Shown here piece by piece: positions 47,083 through 59,481 of a stretch of 64,000 nt of DNA (the stretch's first letter is position 1; each line of letters begins with the position of its first letter). This DNA comes from Folioceros fuciformis (lineage: Eukaryota). Under the pieces are notes generated by a model. It ran no database searches and was not told where the DNA came from. It saw only the letters and a program-made list of their open reading frames with translations. Location: contig JBNGIO010005225.1 of assembly GCA_049999805.1 (NCBI GenBank), positions 1 through 64,000 on the forward strand. The letters are read 5' to 3'. A program made the position numbers and the translations under genes.

Positions 47083-48762
47083 ATGGCAACGGTGCTCCAC
47101 CCTTCGCCATATCCTCCGCCTGCAGCTTCCCGCATTGCCTCGTGCTGGGGCCGTGCCATCCCGCTTCGAACAGCGGCAGTGCGCGGCGCAAGGACGAGAA
47201 TGCGGAAGCTGGCCGTCACGGGCGTGTTGAACCATGCGATCAAGGGTGCGGTGCAGGAGGTTATGGCCGTGCCGGGCCTGTATCAGCGGATCCGCGTCTT
47301 CCTTGCCATCGCTGTGATCTTCTACAAGGAGGCGTCGGGGCTTGTGTCGGCACTGCCCGTTTTATTGTACGCGCTGCAACTGCACAGATCGTTGCCCGTG
47401 TTGCGGTTCGGGAATGAGCTGCTCATCACCGGAGGGAAACGCGCCAAGAATGCCGCGGTCGTGGACCTTTCCCGACGAGCCCCGTGGCCCGAGTTGAAGC
47501 CATACAAGGCGTTTGTCATGCGGGATGTGCGCTTCGGAGCCGCGAAACGGAATCTGTGAGTGTGAGCATCAAACTGGCCTGTGTACCATTGGTTAGTGTT
47601 TCCTTCGCTCCATTTCCGCAGGGATCACTTGGCAATTCTGTCTCTTCGCGATTCGGCAGGTTGGAAGGTTGAAGTGGTTTGCTGCCCTGTCCTGTAGGCT
47701 GGATATCTATGTTCCTCACGCAAATTCCAGCACCCGCTCCGTCCCGGTGGTGCTGTTTGTGCACGGAGGCATATGGGCCATGGGAGACAAATGGCAGTTC
47801 TGTGCACTTGGAGCAAGTCTGGCGGACAATGGCATTGTTGCCGTCCTTGTCCAGTACACCTTGTTCCCTGATGTGAGGGCATGCGTTGGCTTTGGCTCAT
47901 GCTCGTGGTTATCCTAGGCTGTGTATTTAAAGTGCTTCTGTGTTCCTTCCAGGTGCTAGCAGCTGCGCAGGCCAAGGAAGTGTCGGTTGCTTTGTCCTGG
48001 ACGATGGACAATATCCAGGGATACGGTGGAGACCCGGAACGGGTGTTCCTCATGGGCCACTCGTCAGGTGTGTCTGTGTGAACTATCCATTTGCAAGCGC
48101 GCCTTGATTGCTCTGCAGGTTCACCTTGTGAACGCGTTGGATTGTCTTTTCATTCGGCAGGAGCGCATTTGTCATCCTTGGTGCTGTGGGAAAGAGCCAA
48201 TCTGCGCAACACGGCTAACGGAGGATCTCTGGCAGGCCAAGGAGACACGAGGCAGCCACACTGCTTCATCGGCCTTGCCGGAGTGTACGACATTGGAGAA
48301 CACTACAAGTACGAAGCGGGAAGGGGAGTGGCGTCGCTGTCTTGCATGACTCCAGCCATGGGAGGGCCGTTGTTTTTCGAGGCCATGTCTCCCACGCTTC
48401 TCTTCCGCTCTCTCCTCGGCCAAGATCATCGGCAGCGGCATACGCACAACCCTGACAAGCATCTGGTGCCGCCTTGCTTCCTCTACACCAGCCACTCCGA
48501 CATTGTTGTGCCTTCGGAGAGCAGCATCGCGTTCTGGGAAGTGCTGGTGGACGCCGGCTACGATGGGCGCCTGATCCTGCACAACAGACTGTGCCACGAT
48601 GATTTTGCCTTTTGGGACAAGGGCTGGCTCAAGGACACCCACTGTGCGCCGCTTGTGAAGGACCTGGTCACCCTCGTCCGTGGCCTTGACCTCCAGGGTG
48701 CTCTGCCCTTCGGCGGTGTCGATGGAGCGACGGAGCTGAAGCACCCTCGGTCTGAGAGTTAG
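47083..48762 (+). CDS. Isoprenylcysteine alpha-carbonyl methylesterase-like alpha/beta hydrolase (ICME-like), multi-exon
   Basis: RDVRFG..RN|LDIYVP..PVVLFVHGGIW, YGGDPERVFLMGHSSG|AHL, GLAGVYDI, SDIVVP and catalytic His in LCHDDF. Confidence 0.85.
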
Positions 48763-49188
48763 GACAGGCTACGCAGTGGATTACTAGTAGGTATCCTTAA
48801 AACTCTATTTATGTCTGTAGATATATCGGTAATGGCTGAAAGCCTGAAGGTGCTTCCGCCTCATTTCCCGCCATTTTCGTCCTGCTAGTAGGTGTTGGTG
48901 TTCTCCATCCCTTCTGCTCTGTGGTTCCCTGAGCGTCCAAGCTTCTCTACTTCCAGTCCTGGGGTCCTGGCGTACTGAGAAGGCCATGGGGGTTCTGCAT
49001 TCTTCTGTGCTGCGCGGTGGAGGGAAGTGGATTGCCGTGGGGTTTGTCCCTCTTGTGCCGGCCGGGTGTGTATGCGAGCCGCTGTGAAATCCTGGCTTTC
49101 CACGGCCATTTCCGCTTTGAACAACCGGAGCGTGGACGTATCTGCGCTCGGCAGATTCAGCTGCATATCCTCTTGTGTGGAAGCTGCG

Positions 49189-50695
49189 ATGGGGAAGAGA
49201 AAATCAGCTGAGGAGGATTTGGCAGCCGTGAATCAGAAGGCCGAGGTGGACCTTTACAAGGTATGCTTACATCGTGGAGCGTGGATTCTCCGTGTCATTT
49301 TTTTTTCGTTGGTGGATTTCGGCATTGTGAAGAATGGAAGTACTCAGATTTCGTCCTTGGAACGAATTTCAGGTTCTTGGCGTTGAGCGAACTGCTACTC
49401 AGCAGGAAGTAAGGAAAGCGTATCACAAATTGGCACTGCGGCTGCATCCTGATAAGAACCCCGGAGATGAGGTGAGTCTGTTCTCGTGTTAGCACCGGTG
49501 CTCAATGATGTCTTGCTCTTGATGATAGGCGAACAGCTTATGGCCGAAATCGTTTGCACGCTGTGTCTGCAGGACGCCAAAGAGAAATTCCAGTCATTGC
49601 AAGGGGTCATCGCCGTTCTCGGAGACCCGCAGAAGCGAGAGGTGTATGATAGGACCGGGTGCGTTGAGGATTTGGTACGTTTTCATTTCCTCCACTTCTT
49701 GGCTCTAGGTTTACAGTTCCTTCCCAGGTTTGGAGCTCCCTGAGCCTGATCATTTGCCATCTGATGTTGCAGGGCTTTCTGGGAAATAGCGCGGCAGATT
49801 GGGTGGACTTCTTCAGGAGCATACAGGTTTGAAATCTTGTTTCTTTCTCTTGTTGCCTCTAGTTGAGACTGCCCTTTCTGACCTCCAGCTGTTGTGTCTA
49901 ATACTGAAATGGCTGTCTGCAGATCACTGAGGAGAAGATCGAACAGTTTTATGCTGCGTACCACAACTCGTTGCTAAGATGTGTATAAGAGAAGAGACTG
50001 TACACTGAACACAAAGGGAATATGCACAGGTTGGTCGTCCATGTCCACTTCACCAGTTTCTCGGGATATCTTTGATGCACATTCCATGAACCTGTAGCAG
50101 GCACATGGGCTGTGGCATAACAGAGTCCGCGATATTGCAGAGTATTCCTCCATATGATCTGTTCTGAACCCGACCAGGATTCCCATCGCTTTATGAACAT
50201 AATTGACGAGGCAATCGCAAGAGGTTGGTTCAATCTCGGTTGAAGCCATTTCTGTGGGTCTGCACGTTCTTCCTCCGTTGTTTTCCTCAATATTTTGTTT
50301 TCCATGACAGACGAATTGAAAGAGTACAAGGCGTATACGAAGTGGGCCAAGGAAGTTTCCAAGCGACCAGCTCCACAGAAGAGGTATGACCTGCACACAA
50401 CAGCCATGCTTCTGTGGCATGCTTCCTCCACAATTTTTTGACGGGCACCTCACCGCCTGGTGGCAGGAAGAAGAAGGCTGCTCCAGGGGTTCCCTCAGAC
50501 TTGGTATCTCTTATTCAGAAGGGTTCGCAAAAAATGGATTCAATAGCTGCGTCGTTGGAAGCCAAATATGCTTCCGGAAGTAAGAAATACAAGGAGCCCA
50601 CAGAGGAAGAGTTTCAAGCCGCCGCAAGGCGAAGAGAGGGGAAGAACGAGAAGGGTAGCGGCTCTAAACCTAGGAAAGGGAAAGCCGTAGGATGA
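49189..50695 (+). CDS. DnaJ/J-domain protein, ATJ6/DNAJC9-like, multi-exon; the in-frame TAA at 49986 lies within probable adapter contamination
   Basis: [61 protein letters not shown] and [15 protein letters not shown]. Confidence 0.9.
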
Positions 50696-51109
50696 GCTAA
50701 GTAACTTTCTCAGGCTGGGGTGAAAGGCGGTTAGCCGGCTACTGTCCCTGCCTCCTCCATCAGACCTATGCAGATGTACGTGGATGCTACCAACCTTTTT
50801 TCTGTTGGACGAGCACCAAGAAAATTCCATTTTTGTTGTGTCCACCACTGGTGGCCCGAAATGTAGGTCCACGTACACAAACTTGCAACAAGTTGTGGAG
50901 GTGACAGAATCAAATCGCAAACCGATCCTACTGAGAGCAGATTAATTTTTCAGACATGTATAAGGATGTACATACATATGTACCTCCTCCTCGGCTGCAG
51001 TTGGTGCCCCTCGTTGATGTGTTCTCCCGTTTTTGAATCGCACGAGTTGGCAAACTCACGCGTTTCCTGTGCTGTAGATGCTGCCTTCCCAACGACCGTC
51101 AGTAAACTC

Positions 51110-51705
51110 AGTCCTTGAGCTTAACAGGTGCAGCTGCTGCGTTTGAATCCAAATATGGTTCCTGAAGTTAGTACTACAAGGAGTGAGAGTTTCAGGCCGC
51201 CGCAAGGCAAAGACAGGGATAGAATGAGTAAGGCAGCGGCTCTGAATGTTGGAAAGGGAAGGCCCCGAGCCCGAGATAACCCAACTCAATCTCTCATAAG
51301 CTAACGTGAAAGGCCGTGAGCCGAAATATTTGTGTTCTGGCGACTGCGCTTGCCTCCTCCGGTGGACATATGTTTAAGTATGTGGAAGCTGACAGCCTCG
51401 AGGGAGAGGGAGATGCATCCTTTTCTTTGGACGTGCACCAGACGGACGGGGCTAAGCACCGGTGGTACAGAGTGTAGCTGGAGCTACGTATGCAAGCGTG
51501 CTGCTGTGAAGTAAGTCACAGAATCATAGCAAATTAATTGCCACTTCCATGTAAGGGCTGTACCTGCTCCTGGGCTGCTCCTGGTACGTAACCTACTCTG
51601 TATGTGTTGATGGCGTTGCAGTGTTCTCCCGTTTTTGAAACGCACGAGTTAGCGAGATCACGCGTTTCCTGTGCAGTGCATGCTGCCTTCCCACCGACCG
51701 CCTGT
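51110..51705 (+). pseudogene. Degenerate tandem duplicate (period about 600 bp) of the DnaJ last exon plus 3' flank
   Basis: 51140-51260 aligns with 50555-50690 (ccaaatatg..tacaaggag..gagtttca.gccgccgcaaggc..gcggctct..ggaaagggaa). 51621-51700 aligns with 51019-51100. Confidence 0.8.
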
Positions 51706-52570
51706 AATTCCTGCCGCAGGAGCTGTTACGCTCAAGTACTTTGGGCGTAACAGCCTGCGGCAGACNNNNNNNNNNNNNNNNNNNNNNNNNNNNNNNNNNN
51801 NNNNNNNNNNNNNNNNNNNNNNNNNNNNNNNNNNNNNNNNNNNNNNNNNNNNNNNNNNNNNNNNNGCGCAGCGCAGTGCGGTGCGGTGCACAACAATCAA
51901 TTCAATCAAAGCATAACACAAGAATCGTGCATGCCCGGCGCGAGTGCGAGTCCAGGTTTTAATTTCCCGAATGCCTCCGTTGTAGATGTTCAGACTCGGT
52001 GGACAGGACCTGCGTTCTCGCTGCCTGGCCTGGACCGCCTGCCTTAGCGTCGCTTTGTTACAGTATGAATCGGAAAATCGTCGCAAGCCTCCCAGAGCAG
52101 TTCTGTTATCTGGAGAATCTGATATAGCCTTTACCACTTTTTGGTGTCTTCTCTGTCGCACGGGAGCCCTCAAATTCTCCTGACAGTTATTGAGGTTCTC
52201 TATGCCAGCTCATCTCATATCCTGACGTTCAGGCGCGACATTTGTTGCACAACTCCCCTGAAAAGCGGTGGACCGATTTCTCGGATACAGCGATGTGACT
52301 CCGTTCTCCAAGCGTTGCCGCCAATACCAAAAATGTTCTGGAGGGTCGCAATGCGCGAGGCCTAGGAGATGGGAAAGCTTCTGTACATGGGAAACAGACT
52401 TTGAGCTGGCTCTGTTTCGCAAAGTCTAGAGCGTTGCAACTCCTCAGAATCGCACTCGACGTGTCCAAGCTTTGTTCCAGACCGACCATGCTCGATCACT
52501 GGCTCTTGGTCTGTAGGTGGGCAGTCCAGCGACACTGCAGGTTCGTCTAGCTGATTTGCCTCGAGCATCC

Positions 52571-55500
52571 ATGGAGGAGACCTTCGTTCCATTGCAAGGT
52601 ATTCGAAACGATATTGCTGGACGTTATGCTTGCTACAAGCATGACTGGCTGGGTGGCCTCAACGCGGGCATCAGGTGGGTGATGTGAACTCTGCTGGGAT
52701 TTCTCATCTTATCGGCTCCTAAGTACTAACTCCAGCCTGGGATTGGAGTTTCCGTGTTGCTATTGCAGGATCTTTGCACCCACCACGTACATTTTCTTCG
52801 CTTCAGCTATCCCCGTCATCTCGTTTGGAGAGCAGCTCGATCGAGACACAAGTAATCTTTAGCAGGGATATTGGATTCGTCGTTTTTCATTATAAGCTCT
52901 AGATCTCATTCTGACTGCAGATGGTATGCTCTGTGCGTAGATGGGCAGCTGAGTGCAGTTCAGACTCTTGCATCTACTGCAGTCTGTGGTGTCATACACT
53001 CCATCCTGGGGGGACAACCCCTCCTTATCCTGGGAGTGGCTGAGCCTACTGTCATCATGTACACTTTCATGTACAACTTTGCCAAGGGCCAAACCAATCT
53101 GGGTCCACGCCTGTTTCTGGCGTGGGCAGCTTGGTACTCTCCATGTTCCTAAGCCCCGGCCCCAAACGTCTTCAATTATTAAGCATAACTGCAGCCGCTG
53201 AAGCTGCTCATTTTTCCTGTCATTGATCGTTACAGGGTGAGCGTATGGACCGCAGCCATGTTGTTTGTACTGGCAGTTCTTGGGGCATGCTCCATCATCC
53301 ATAGGTTCACCCGTCTTGCAGGGGAGCTCTTTGGCATGCTCATTTCGGTTCTCTTCATGCAGCAAGCTGTCAAAGTAAGAACGAAAAAGTCAACTTCTCT
53401 CTTCCTCGGTTCGCAGTTCGAGAGTTTCTCTCTAACAGAGTGCTACAACTTCGTGGCCTGTTCCTGCAGGGTGCCATTGAGGAGTTCCGTGTCCCAAAGC
53501 GAGAAGATCCGTCAGAAGATCAGTTTCAGCATCCCTGGCGGTTTGCCAATGGCCTCTTTGGGCTGCTACTGTCATTTGGCCTCCTGCTCACTGCACTCAA
53601 GAGCAGGAAGGCAAGATCATGGCGTTATGGATCAGGTGAGCCCAGCAGAATGAGGTACACGGCAGCCATGTTCCAGGAATATAGTGGCTGAGCAGAATGA
53701 GGAAAGTCACGTGATGAGCATGTCCCCTTGCAGGAGCCCTCCGCGGATTTGTTGCTGACTATGGAGTACCACTCATGGTCCTGATATGGACGGCAATATC
53801 TTATTCGCCGGGGAAATCCATTCCCTCAGGCATTCCAAGACGACTCTTCAGTCCTACTCCCTGGTCACCTGGAGCATCGAGCAATTGGACTGTACTCAGG
53901 GTGAGCATCAGACACGCTGCTCATGGTAAAACTCTGGTCCTGCTCCATACGCGACGCGGGTTAAAAATTGTGCGTTTCGATGGCAGGAAATGAAGGAGGT
54001 CCCTGCGGTGTACATTGTTATCGCCATAATCCCAGCAACAATGATTTCTGTTCTGTATTTTTTTGATCACAGCGTGGCATCTCAACTGGCACAGCAGAAA
54101 GAGTTCAACTTGCGAAAGCCACCGTCCTTCCATTGGGATCTACTGCTTCTTGGTTGGCTGGTATAGCCCTCGTCTAGTATCCACATCCAATCAGTGATCG
54201 TGAACTCTACGTCCTTTGCATAATGCCTTTTGATTTCTCCAGACAATCATGTGCGGGCTGTTGGGAATACCTCCCTCAAACGGAGTACTGCCACAGTCTC
54301 CCATGCACACCAAAAGCTTGGCCACTTTGAAGACTCAGGTGCCCCACGTGATCAATAACTTTTGGTGTTGCTCTGCTCTGCATCTTCCTGCTTTGGTCCT
54401 GAGTCCTCAAGGAGTGGTACTAATTTGCACCAATTCCGTTCGAGTGGTCAGCTTATTCGTGAAAAATTGGTGAAGACTGCGAAGATACAACTCCAGGAGA
54501 GGGCTACAGTTGCTGAAATGTGCACCAGCATGCAGCAAGCATTTAATCAGATGGAGAGCCCACTGGCGTTCCCCTCCACAAGGGTAAGCCGTAGGGTATT
54601 AACGCTGTTCATGACCGAACTACGCGTAAGGCATTTGTGATAGCTGTCTCTAAGGTGAATGGCGATAAACGCTGCAGGTCATGAAGGAGTTCAAGGGCAG
54701 CATAACCCAGCTAGCAGCAGAATCTGGAAAGGCTGACCTTATTGTGGACACAAGCATTTTCGATCCCGAGAAGGACATCGATGACCTCCTTCCGGTAGAA
54801 GTGAAGGAGCAGAGGCTGAGCAACTTGATGCAATCGATGATGGTGGCAGGATGCGTTGGAGCTATGCCCCTGATCAAGAGAATTCCCACATCCGTACTCT
54901 GGGGCTACTTTGCCTACATGGCTATCGAAAGTCTTCCAGGAAACCAGTTCTGGGAGAGGATTCTTCTCCTGTTCACGCCGTCAAACCGGCAGTTCAAGTT
55001 AGTGACCGAACTTTCCTGCGGAACCCAGCTGCATGCGACTAACAAATTTAGGCNNNNNNNNNNNNNNNNNNNNNNNNNNNNNNNNNNNNNNNNNNNNNNN
55101 NNNNNNNNNNNNNNNNNNNNNNNNNNNNNNNNNNNNNNNNNNNNNNNNNNNNNCGGCAGAGTGCTCGAAGAGGCGCATGCGTCTTTCGTGGAACGGGTGC
55201 CATTCAAAATCATCACGATCCTCACCATCTTCCAGTTGTGTTATCTTGTGGCCTGCTATGCCATTACCTGGATCCCGCTTGCAGGAGTCCTGTTCCCGGT
55301 TCTCATCATGATGCTAGTGCCTATCCGTCAGTTCATCCTACCCAGATTCTTCAAGGCACAGGATTTGGCTGAGCTAGACGCTGCTGACTACGAAGAGGCG
55401 CCTGCCATGCCTTACAGCAGCTCCGTGAAGGTTGGAACCACAGTAGAATCGCTATAATGCGTGGGGCCCGAATCTGTTCTCTCATACATCGTTTCTTTTC

Positions 55501-55654
55501 GGCAGGTTGCGGAAGTTGTAGGGCCCGAACAGCAGCTGGATACCGCGGAAGTGATGGACGCATGACTACCAGAAGTCGTGGTGAATCAAGCAGCCAAGCA
55601 ATTCATGCACAACTCAGTCTTCGTTGCGATTTGAAAAAACATTTTATTGCATGA
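52571..55654 (+). CDS. BOR: Borate exporter, BOR1 family (HCO3 cotransporter superfamily), multi-exon; last exon frameshifted or uncertain
   Basis: [20 protein letters not shown]..|[96 protein letters not shown] and [10 protein letters not shown]. Confidence 0.93.
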
Positions 55655-55658
55655 ATAA

Positions 55659-55739
55659 CGTGGTCGGCAGGATTCGAACCTGCGCGGGCGAACCCACATG
55701 ATTTCTAGTCATGCCCGATAACCACTCCGGCACGACCAC
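55659..55739 (-). tRNA. tRNA-Ser(AGA)
   Basis: Reverse complement GTGGTCGTGCCGGAGTGGTTATCGGGCATGACTAGAAATCATGTGGGTTCGCCCGCGCAGGTTCGAATCCTGCCGACCACG: acceptor stem, anticodon arm CATGA-CT-AGA-AA-TCATG, long variable arm, GTTCGAATC, and a T6 Pol III terminator at 55634-55639. Confidence 0.97.
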
Positions 55740-56711
55740 CTCTTCATATCAATGCAAACCCTTTACAGTATAAGTTTTTTGCTCAAGGCCAAAAGAGGAT
55801 GTTTGGAGGAGTACCTAAGTGGTCTCAATCTATGAATTTCATTTAGAGACCAGACATTTGAGATGCCTAAGGTTTTGTTTCATTCCTTCCAAAACTTCAA
55901 GCAGGACCTTGGTTCAAGTGACACATCACCTATCAATGACATAATTCTTTCTCCATGACATTGGTGACTACCCCTTTTGGCTTGCAGCCCTCTACACGTT
56001 TTTTTTTCCTCCTCATATATCAGTTAGATCAGGTTTTGATGAGATTCTCATTTCTTTATTCAGTAAAATATTTTGTTTTGCTATCTTGGACTAAAAATCA
56101 AGCTGCCCCTATGTTAGCATACTCTATATTAAGCTGCCAAATCTTACATTAAATGAGAATAATTTTGAATTTTCGAGAACTTTTAAACTTTCTAGATAGA
56201 TGGGCTAGCCATTAGTTTTGAATGATTTGAAAAATTAAACTGTTTCCTCATCCCATACCTTGCTTCTAGTATCCCACCTGCACCTCTGAAACCTTTCATG
56301 ACTGGATATTTAGACAAACTAAACTTCATTGTCCAACTAACTGGTGAGCTGAACCCGAACAGTAAAAATCGTATCAAATGCATTATCAAGACAGTCGCCC
56401 ATAGATGGAGCTGTGCATCAGGAAGACGAAATAACAACACGAGGTTAAAACAAGTGTCCATCACGAGGCGGAAAAGTAGGCAAGGCAAAAAAAATGTTTC
56501 CTAGTAGAAAGTTCCTGCAAAAATGTATGCAAAAGCTGAAGTCTTTACAATGGGCCCTTCGAATCGCGAGATCCGTCAAAAAGGGGTTCACAACACGTAA
56601 GGACCTGGTGTCAAGTGGAGAGCTCTCTTAGTGCGCCGGTTTTGGTGTCTTGTTATGCTGTAGGTGTCTACAGACGAGCGAGAAATGACACCCACTGACT
56701 ACTCAACTCAA

Positions 56712-58753
56712 CTAGGAGCCCCATACTCCCCGCGTAGCACCAGCCTTGACATTAGTCCGTGAGCACAGCTCCCAAAGAATACGTGCAAAGATATCTGACA
56801 TTCGGGCGTCTAGAAGAGCAATTTCAGCAAAGGTATTTTCAAACGCCAGCATCACTGTTCTGTTTTGGGGCTCCGACGCCAAGCTTTCCAGGGTGAGAGC
56901 GGCCTTGCGGACGACTTCCGTCAAAGGATGAGGTGCTTGCACGATCCTTAGGAGCCTCCCAATCGCCCTGCAAGAAATGTGAACATGGCCAACCTTCAGT
57001 GCTGCAATGAGTACAAAGCACCAAGCTAGGGTCTCAGCAGCAGCACCCTACCATCGCTCATTCGCAAGTCGAACACGACAGTCCATGTTTATTTCTGCGA
57101 AGTTGTACAGAGCCCCGACAGCTGCTGCCTGGCCATCTGCTCCTGGCAGGCCCAACAAGTCGACCAGCCGCCGGTACACCTGCAAAGCAAGCAGAGACGG
57201 ATGCATAAGGAGGTTGCTCCCCCTCAAAGGACCTTCCGAACCGGAGGCCGGTCTAAGTTTCCACATGTTTCACAAGCACTGAGTCAGCAGAAGGTGATAA
57301 ACTTCCAGTAGGGAATGAACCTGAGGGGCCACTGGTAGAAGGTAGGGTTCGTTATCAGGGTTAACCACCAGTCTTCCAAGAAGCTCCGCAGCCGAACAAT
57401 ACCATGCTCTTACAGGAGATTCCAACATGTCAATAAATGATTGTACAGCTTGCTTTTCTCTGATAAACAACAGCGTATGCACTTGTTAGGTCCCTTCAGA
57501 CGAAGAAACAAGAGTTGCTACACTGCAAGAAGGCAAACATTCAATAACCTAAAATAAATGAAGTCAGGCAAAACGGCAGTTGTCAAAAGATAGCTGGTGA
57601 AACCCACGAGATCTGTCCTCGGGTGCTATCCTCAAAAAGCTTGATACAGAGGAAAGGTGCCAAGTTCACAATAGTTTCGATGGAGTTCATCACTAGCTCT
57701 TCATCTTCTGCATATCATGCCAAAACCAAGTGAGTATGACGATCCTTGGATCTTCAGACACAACTGAGAGAACTGCCACCACTGACCAGTGAGATGATCT
57801 TGCATGCAGTGAATCAGGGTCTCCAGACAGTTCCGATGCTGGGCCATGAAACTTTCGTTCTCTGGCATGAACGAGAAATTACGTACAATGTTGGAGGCAG
57901 CGACTGCTGCTTGCTGTCTCTCCAATCGGCCCAGCTCGTCCAGATTGAAGACGCCCTCTTCATCCCACCACCACTCCGAGTTTTTGCTCTGCTTATCAGC
58001 ATCTCCGAAGATTTCATCTTTATGCAGCAAGGTGTCTGGCGCAGACCTGTACTAAGGACATGCCAGGTAAGTTGCTTGGCTGCATCTCAACAAGGCAGAG
58101 GAGCATGCATGCACGCCACATGAAGCGAGAGGCCAAACAAGGGAGGTTGCGGCCGCTGGAGATACTTCAGCTATTCTATTCCCAGGAAAAAGAACCGACA
58201 ACGACTTACCGGAGGCGCCAAATAGGATCCCCTGGACAGGTACTTTCGAACTCCATCCCCCATCCCGTGTAAGTATGGTTAGCCCCTAGGACACGTTGTC
58301 TGGCAAGCTTTGCAGAATCACGTGGATGTGCTATATCACGCCACTCCTGAATCTTAAATCCCACAAGACACAACACAAGTACAGTGAGAGCTGGAAGACC
58401 TAAACGTCACATGAAATCTCATGAGCGTGCTTGCTGCCGAAGACAACGACACTGCTGATGCAAACTATGGCATGACCTCGAGGAATTGCTGAGCTCACCA
58501 CAAAGAGAAGTGCATCAAGAAGCCCTGGAACCTTGGCAATAACTCCAAAATCTCTTCGCGGATCATCTTTTTCCTTGAAGGAGATGACAGTGAGGGCATT
58601 CAAGGCCCAGGACACTTCACTCTTTAAACCACTCTGCAGAGCCAGCACATATCTTTTGCTGCTCTTGTCTACCACAGATGCAGCGCCAGCGCCATCGGCG
58701 GAGTCCCCGGGTACCGCGTTCCTAGGCATTGCTTTCATTCGCCCAGAAGCCAT
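56712..58753 (-). CDS. LFR: LEAF AND FLOWER RELATED (ARM-repeat SWI/SNF subunit), multi-exon
   Basis: VLALQSGLKSEVSWALNAL..FKEKDD, EWWWDEEGVFNLDE, AASNIVRNFSFMPENE..AQHRNCLET, AAELLGRLVVNPDNEP, AVGALYNFAE and EPQNR. Confidence 0.92.
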
Positions 58754-59481
58754 GTCGTGAACCTTTAAACAGGCACTTGATAAATACACTTGGTCTGCTT
58801 AGGGATTGGACGTCATGCTCCACCTGCAACCCTTCCACCCCGAGACAACCGGACGCACATACTGTACGTAACAGCTTCTATGTAGAGCAGCCGGCTCAAC
58901 ACACATACCGTGTGACCTGCTGCAAACTTGCTGCTCAAGGAGGTTTTTGAGCCATCCCTGCTCCGCTGGACTGACAGATTGTCCTAGAACGGAATGGTGC
59001 AGAACCACCGTGCGCAAGGACTGCTTACGTTGGCGCGATGCCGAACCGAACATAGAAACATGACTGAAGCGTGGGGGGGGGGCAGTCGAACGGACACCAT
59101 GCTTAAACCAAAGAAAAATAACCTGGAATTACCAGCACCTAAAAATCGCAGTGAGAACTACATCTCCTCATTTGTGAGACTCCGTGTCAAAAGAAACTGT
59201 CTCACACCTCATAAAATCCGTCCAGAGTCTACCAGGAAGATCTCTAACATCTATAGTTGTCAATGATGCGATCTGACAACGTACAATCTCTCAGAGAGAG
59301 AAACTGTCCTACGTGTACTAAACTGTCCCGGAGAAGTTGCCGTGCGTCTTCCGGCCGTATCTCGACAACACTGTTCGACTCTCCAATTTAGAGACCCAAC
59401 ACATGATCTACAGCCAAAAAAACTAATTCCAAGAGCAAACGACAATGTTGGCCACTTGGACTCAAATGCCTGTCGGTCAGC

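Noticed and set aside
49986-49988. Stop-codon readthrough, U-to-C editing or pseudogenisation of DnaJ
   Set aside because: The stop lies inside a Tn5 mosaic-end adapter match, so an assembly artefact is far more parsimonious.
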